Shown here: piece by piece, positions 35,732 through 39,845 of the stretch
Numbering within the stretch: the first letter of the stretch is position 1
How the letters are laid out: each line of letters begins with the position of its first letter
Origin: a virus
Taxonomy: Duplodnaviria > Caudoviricetes
Direction: 5' to 3' (one strand)
IMG/VR virus record: IMGVR_UViG_3300033076_001191
Location: 1 to 39,845 of that record
DNA: 39,845 nt
The notes under the pieces: model-generated
What the model saw: only the letters and a program-made list of their open reading frames with translations
What the model was told of the DNA's origin: nothing
Database searches by the model: none
Made by a program: the position numbers and the translations under genes

Positions 35732-36067
35732 TTAATTTTTCAGAATTTCCTCCAGGACACTGGCGTCCACACTAGGAGTAGCTACCATCATTTGCACTGA
35801 ATACCGAAACCATCGGAATTCCCAGGGTACTTTGCGGAAATGGATCTGCATTTGGGCCAGTCGCGCACTGGTGTCCGGGTGTACGCCAGGGAATTGCGAA
35901 AAGCTCTTCCCGAATGCCCGCAGGCGCTTCATCCGATTAACGCCTTGGCTCGCTGTCTGCACAGCCTCAACATCAACCCATTCCCCGGGAGTGTCCAGGC
36001 ACTTTTTGAGCAGCGTATGCCAAGCCACCGGGTAGTTATCGGGGCCGGTTGGTGTGTAAGTTCCCAT
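35732..36067 (-). CDS. Hypothetical early protein (111 aa)
   Basis: Starts 2 nt after the upstream stop; GAGG RBS. Confidence 0.7.
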   Translation of the reverse strand: MGTYTPTGPDNYPVAWHTLLKKCLDTPGEWVDVEAVQTASQGVNRMKRLRAFGKSFSQFPGVHPDTSARLAQMQIHFRKVPWEFRWFRYSVQMMVATPSVDASVLEEILKN

Positions 36068-36069
36068 GG

Positions 36070-36477
36070 TTAGTAATACCTCGTTGTCTTACCGTCCCCA
36101 GGCGTGCCCGCTTGCGAGACCTTCGCCATCCTCTCCCCGGCTTCCTGCAGGGCCAGTTCCTCGGACGACCTGACTTCCCCCGCCCCGGCTTCCCGGAGAA
36201 CTTCCGCGACTGTCTGCATCAGCCCCGACATCACCTTTTGCCGAATCACGACGACATGAGCCTTCTCTGGGTCAAAGCCAACGGAACAGTTCACAATCGC
36301 GTCCTTGAGCGCCTCATCCGCAGGTTCCTTCCCGGCCCGTGCCGCCTTCACCGCGTTATACAGGGCAAAGCGAAACTTCACGGCATCGCTCGCGGACTTA
36401 CACGGCACCGCGACCCCGTCTTCCTTGGCCATCGCACGCCGCCAGAGTTCTTGCATCATTGCCTTTTGCTTATCCAT
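36070..36477 (-). CDS. Hypothetical early protein (135 aa)
   Basis: AGGAG RBS; downstream of promoter 36556-36584. Confidence 0.75.
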   Translation of the reverse strand: MDKQKAMMQELWRRAMAKEDGVAVPCKSASDAVKFRFALYNAVKAARAGKEPADEALKDAIVNCSVGFDPEKAHVVVIRQKVMSGLMQTVAEVLREAGAGEVRSSEELALQEAGERMAKVSQAGTPGDGKTTRYY

Positions 36478-36555
36478 AATTGGGGCTCCTAAATTGGTCA
36501 GTAAGGCCGAACGGGTATCCCGGAAAAAGGCTTCCCCTAACTGGCCGGAATACGT

Positions 36556-36584
36556 AGTATCCCTAGCCCCTCTGCAGTTGTCAA
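36556..36584 (-). promoter_or_regulatory. sigma70-like promoter
   Basis: TTGACA-N17-GATACT. Confidence 0.7.
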
Positions 36585-36713
36585 TAGTATCCTTTCAATC
36601 CTTTGCGTGCGGAGTACCCCGGGGCGTGGTTGCACCGTCCCCCGCTATTTATTGCAATTGGCGGGAGTAGAAGGTCCGGTGCGGGGTGCTAACGGGTAGT
36701 GACCCCGTTTTAT

Positions 36714-36793
36714 AAAAAAAAAAATGTTACAACAGAATACAATGGGCACAATGGGTGCAATGGGTGCAACGCGTACAACGCGTACAACGATCA
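36714..36793. repeat. A11 tract followed by six degenerate 9-bp tandem repeats
   Basis: caatgggca caatgggtg caatgggtg caacgcgta caacgcgta caacgatca at 36740-36793. Confidence 0.85.
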
Positions 36794-37044
36794 CACGGGA
36801 ACGAGAGGGACCGGCCCCGGACCTTTTACTCCCGACAACTCCCACAAACACCGAGGGACGGTGCACGCAACCCAAGCGAGTACACCCCGGGCAAACAACC
36901 AAAACCCCGCCAATGCGTTTGCGAGGCCGGGCTGGTAGGGTAGGGTCACCCAGGACTAAAAACGCCGCCACGGGGCCGGGAGAGGGCATGGTGAGGGCGT
37001 TTGATGGGCACGGCGGATGAGGGGAAACGGTCCTGGGAGACCGG

Positions 37045-37084
37045 AAACCCGGCCGCATTATTGGCGGGTAATACGAACGCGCAA
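37045..37084. promoter_or_regulatory. Double-box element copy 6
   Basis: aaacccggccgcatta-ttggcggg-taatacgaacgcgcaa. Confidence 0.8.
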
Positions 37085-37126
37085 CGCGCCCCCGCACACC
37101 CATGCCCGTGCGCGAATAGCACAAGC

Positions 37127-37152
37127 AAAAACGCCCCGTCAATACGGGGCGT
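37127..37152 (-). terminator. Rho-independent terminator
   Basis: acgccccgt-caat-acggggcgt stem with T tract on the - strand. Confidence 0.75.
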
Positions 37153-37233
37153 GAAAGTTATGCGGGATCGGCTATCCCAAAACCTCGAATAACACGAACC
37201 ATTCGAGGGCGGAGAGGGTGACTTCCTCGGCGA

Positions 37234-37746
37234 TCATTCCGCGTCATCCAAGCCGGCGAGGAGGGCGGCCCCATCGATACCATCGGTTTTGGCCGATTCC
37301 GCCTTCAATTGTTCGATAATCGAGGCAATAGCGGGGAGTTTGCGGAGGGTGGCCTTCTCCGAGTCCGACTTCCCCTCCAAAAACTCCCGGATTTGCTCGG
37401 GGGTTTTGGTCGGATAGAGACGCGTGAGAGCGCGGAACAACAAACCGCCCGAACTGCCACCAGCCCCGCCCTCGCGTTGTTTATTCCATTGGCCCGACAA
37501 AAGCCGGTCGTATACCTCCCGCACCGCGTTGTATTTATCTTCCGTGGTTGCACTCCGTCCCGTATCCGGGTTTCGGCTGATGGCGGCCGCATCCACCAGT
37601 TTCTGTTTCAATCCGTGCATGAGGGCCGCGTTGCGAATTTCCTCGGTCAATTGGCTGGCGGAAATCGAGAGGGTTTGGCCATTGTCAAAAGCCATGCCCA
37701 AAACGGTTCCGGAAATCGTGGTCTCGATTGTGGGTGTACGTGCCAT
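37234..37746 (-). CDS. Hypothetical early protein, paralog B (170 aa)
   Basis: AAGGA RBS; homologous to 35014..35592. Confidence 0.85.
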   Translation of the reverse strand: MARTPTIETTISGTVLGMAFDNGQTLSISASQLTEEIRNAALMHGLKQKLVDAAAISRNPDTGRSATTEDKYNAVREVYDRLLSGQWNKQREGGAGGSSGGLLFRALTRLYPTKTPEQIREFLEGKSDSEKATLRKLPAIASIIEQLKAESAKTDGIDGAALLAGLDDAE

Positions 37747-37850
37747 GATAGATCCTTCCGGGGCTCGACGTCCCCATTAAAATGGTGTGACGACCACACC
37801 GGGAGGCCCGCACGCGACGGGCAACCCGCTATGTTCGAAGTCGAATTGTA

Positions 37851-38057
37851 TCAATAGATACTGTAATGGGCAACTGCCATACCATCTGCCCCGATCAATT
37901 CGAGCGTGCCGCACTCGGCGTCGTCAAAATCGCCGGCCTCATACCAATGTGACACGAGAGACAAAAAGGTTTCGCGTAATGCCTCGCCCGTTGCCTTAGT
38001 GGTGAGTGTTGTGTATGGCGCGCCGTCGAATGTGATTGCATATGTATATGTCGTCAT
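37851..38057 (-). CDS. First leftward early gene, small acidic protein (68 aa)
   Basis: GAGG RBS; directly after promoter 38090-38118. Confidence 0.7.
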   Translation of the reverse strand: MTTYTYAITFDGAPYTTLTTKATGEALRETFLSLVSHWYEAGDFDDAECGTLELIGADGMAVAHYSIY

Positions 38058-38089
38058 GGTCGGAACCTCTCGTTGATTGGTATGTCTCC

Positions 38090-38118
38090 AATGTAGGAGA
38101 GCTTCCGCACCATGTCAA
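38090..38118 (-). promoter_or_regulatory. sigma70-like leftward (early) promoter
   Basis: TTGACA-N17-TACATT. Confidence 0.7.
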
Positions 38119-38404
38119 CCATCGGAACCTGCCTGTTACATTTGTTACACTCCCCCTGCCATGTTGTTTTTTCGCAACGCAGGTTCCCATCCATAGGTAA
38201 GACACCCGGGGGTATGAGCAGGCAGGCGGGGGTGTGCGCGATGGCTGGTTTACGGCGAGTAGCCTCCCCACGCGCCACTGCCCAAAACCCCCTCTTTTTC
38301 CCTGACCGCTTCGACAACTGGCACGAAATGGGGGGGGGGCGTGGTGGATACCCAGTGAACATTACTGACGGGACTCCGCCCCGGAAAAAATCAAAGGTCG
38401 ATTG

Positions 38405-38444
38405 AAACACGGCCGGATTATCGGGTATTAACCCGGACGGATTT
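38405..38444. promoter_or_regulatory. Double-box element copy 7
   Basis: aaacacggccggatta-tcgggtat-taacccggacggattt, ending 26 bp upstream of the rightward -35. Confidence 0.8.
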
Positions 38445-38470
38445 CGGAACTAAGTTCTCTCCTCCCCGGC

Positions 38471-38499
38471 TTGACACTCCTCCCAGCCCGGGCTACCCT
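38471..38499 (+). promoter_or_regulatory. sigma70-like rightward promoter for the packaging/structural arm
   Basis: TTGACA-N17-TACCCT upstream of terS. Confidence 0.6.
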
Positions 38500-38534
38500 T
38501 GCAGGCAGTTAACCAACCGCGAAAAGAGGCCGAA

Positions 38535-39101
38535 ATGGACCCGAATGCAGCAACCAATGCCTTCCTGGGGGCGCAACTGAAGCAGAGCCCCCCGCTGGAA
38601 GGGACGACAAGTGCCGCCCTGGCGATCGACCGCGTCAAGTACACGCATGATGCGATGATTGACCTGATCATCACGAACCCCGCGATCAGCCAGGGCACGC
38701 TGGCAAAGCACTTCGGGTATACTCAGGCCTGGGTGTCCCGGATCTTCTGTTCGGATGCTTTTCAGGCCCGGCTGGCCCAGCGGAAGGCGGATGTCGTGGA
38801 CCCCGTGCTGGCCATGTCAATGGACGAGAAGATCAAGGCCATGGCGGCCCGCAGCCTCGACATCATCCAGGACAAGCTCGAAACCTCGCCGACCCTGGAC
38901 TCCGCGTTCAAGGCCTTTGAGCTGTCCACCAAGGCCCTCGGTTACGGCGCTCGGGCGGCTAATGTTGCGGTGCAGCAGAACTTCATCGTCCCGATGCCCG
39001 CAAAAGCCGAGAGCGCGCAAGCCTGGGCAGCTCAGCACGGGCATCTGGGGGCCGGGAAGCCAGTGGAAGCAACGGTCATCGAAAACGGGGCGACTGAATG
39101 A
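38535..39101 (+). CDS. terS: Terminase small subunit (HTH)
   Basis: ISQGTLAKHFGYTQAWVSRI HTH; ATGA coupling to terL; GAGG RBS. Confidence 0.75.
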   Translation: MDPNAATNAFLGAQLKQSPPLEGTTSAALAIDRVKYTHDAMIDLIITNPAISQGTLAKHFGYTQAWVSRIFCSDAFQARLAQRKADVVDPVLAMSMDEKIKAMAARSLDIIQDKLETSPTLDSAFKAFELSTKALGYGARAANVAVQQNFIVPMPAKAESAQAWAAQHGHLGAGKPVEATVIENGATE

Positions 39102-39845
39102 CTTGGCAGCCCACGCCTACGGCAGCCGCCCAGCTAACCCAAGTCCTCTGGCAGCCGCAGGAAGGGCCTCAAACCGCCCTGCTGGCCTGCCCGATCTTCG
39201 AGGTCTTCTATGGCGGCGCCCGGGGTGGAGGGAAAACTGAATCTTCCATCGGCGATTGGCTCCAGCATTCCTCCATGTATGGGGAAAACGCCATTGGCAT
39301 CTTCTTCCGTCGCAAGCTCGTTCAGCTCGCCGAAGTCATTGCGCGCACTAAACAACTCTTCCCCAAGCTCGGAGCAAAGTATAATGAGCAGCAAAAGACC
39401 TGGACGATGCCAGGTGGCGCGCGTCTGAAGTTCGTCTACCTGGAGCGCGACAGCGATGCTGAAGAGTACCAAGGTCACAACTACACGCGCATCTATGTCG
39501 AGGAAGTTACCAACTTCCCTTCTCCAAGTCCTATTAATAAGCTGCGCGCTACCCTTCGCTCTGGTGCTGGTGTGCCTTGTGGCATGCGTCTCACCGGAAA
39601 CCCTGGAGGCCTTGGCCACGGATTTCTAAAAAGAATCTTCATTGATAAAAGGTTTAATGAACGAGAAAGGCCTAGTGACTATGCATTTATCCAAGCTTTG
39701 GTCGATGACAACTCGGCCCTTATGGACAACGACCCTGACTATGTACGGCGATTGGAATCTGAACCTAATGAAGCTTTACGAAAAGCGTATCGTTTCGGAG
39801 ATTGGAACATCTTCGCCGGACAGTTCTTTCAAGAGATCAGTAAAG
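39098..39845 (+). CDS. terL: Terminase large subunit N-terminal part (runs off the contig; 3' part probably from another phage)
   Basis: WQPQEGPQ, Walker A YGGARGGGKT, FFRR, YVEE Walker B, TGNPGG. No stop, hence absent from the ORF track. Confidence 0.93.
   Translation, partial: MTWQPTPTAAAQLTQVLWQPQEGPQTALLACPIFEVFYGGARGGGKTESSIGDWLQHSSMYGENAIGIFFRRKLVQLAEVIARTKQLFPKLGAKYNEQQKTWTMPGGARLKFVYLERDSDAEEYQGHNYTRIYVEEVTNFPSPSPINKLRATLRSGAGVPCGMRLTGNPGGLGHGFLKRIFIDKRFNERERPSDYAFIQALVDDNSALMDNDPDYVRRLESEPNEALRKAYRFGDWNIFAGQFFQEISK

Noticed and set aside
36740-36793. CRISPR mini-array associated with the Cas4-like gene
   Set aside because: Units are 9-bp tandem repeats with no spacers; no cas1 or cas2.
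36645-37192. ORFs across the non-coding region (e.g. 36699..36938, 36645..37142)
   Set aside because: No good RBS, low-complexity translations produced by the repeats, and no consistent codon bias.
9060-38444. Double-box element as dif/Xer or lox-type recombination sites (11-bp arms plus 8-bp spacer; arm resembles the XerC arm GGTGCGCATAA)
   Set aside because: All spacers differ, there is no XerD-like arm, the inner triplets are TTA/TAA rather than TAA/TTA, and no recombinase gene was recognised.
38060-38470. Lysogeny switch (cI/cro) in the divergent promoter region
   Set aside because: The flanking genes are terS and a 68-aa acidic protein; no CI-like HTH-S24 protein or integrase was seen.
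1-39845. tRNA or rRNA genes
   Set aside because: No cloverleaf with a T-loop consensus was seen in the intergenic gaps by eye; tRNAscan-SE would be decisive.

Overview
The window is essentially one whole ~39.4-kb genome of a short-tailed (podovirus-type) dsDNA phage, opened inside the terminase large-subunit gene. It is GC-rich and uses sigma70-type promoters; a proteobacterial host is inferred. The + strand (38535 through the contig end, then 1-18670) carries terS, terL, two SGNH-hydrolase proteins, a small secreted Cys-rich protein, portal, scaffold, major capsid, adaptor, nozzle, a GNAT, three ejection proteins and a short tail fibre. The - strand (38057 down to 18722) carries early genes, an SF1B helicase, a deoxyribosyltransferase-like protein, a Cas4-like nuclease, a MazG-like protein, a Sak4-like ATPase, an SSB-like protein, a ParB-methyltransferase fusion, a UDG-exonuclease-PolA fusion and a DUF3987-like NTPase. 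I recognised no integrase, CI repressor, primase, endolysin, tRNA or CRISPR array. The most striking unexplained signal is a 40-bp element of two 16-bp quasi-palindromic boxes (approx. WAAYNCGNNCGNRTTA-N8-TAAYNCGNNCGNRTTW) found seven times around the genome. It covers two promoters, sits at gene junctions and occurs once inside polA. The contig ends are homologous but only ~77% identical, and the last ~235 bp switch to a different terL, suggesting chimeric ends. All product calls come from motif recognition by eye, not database searches.
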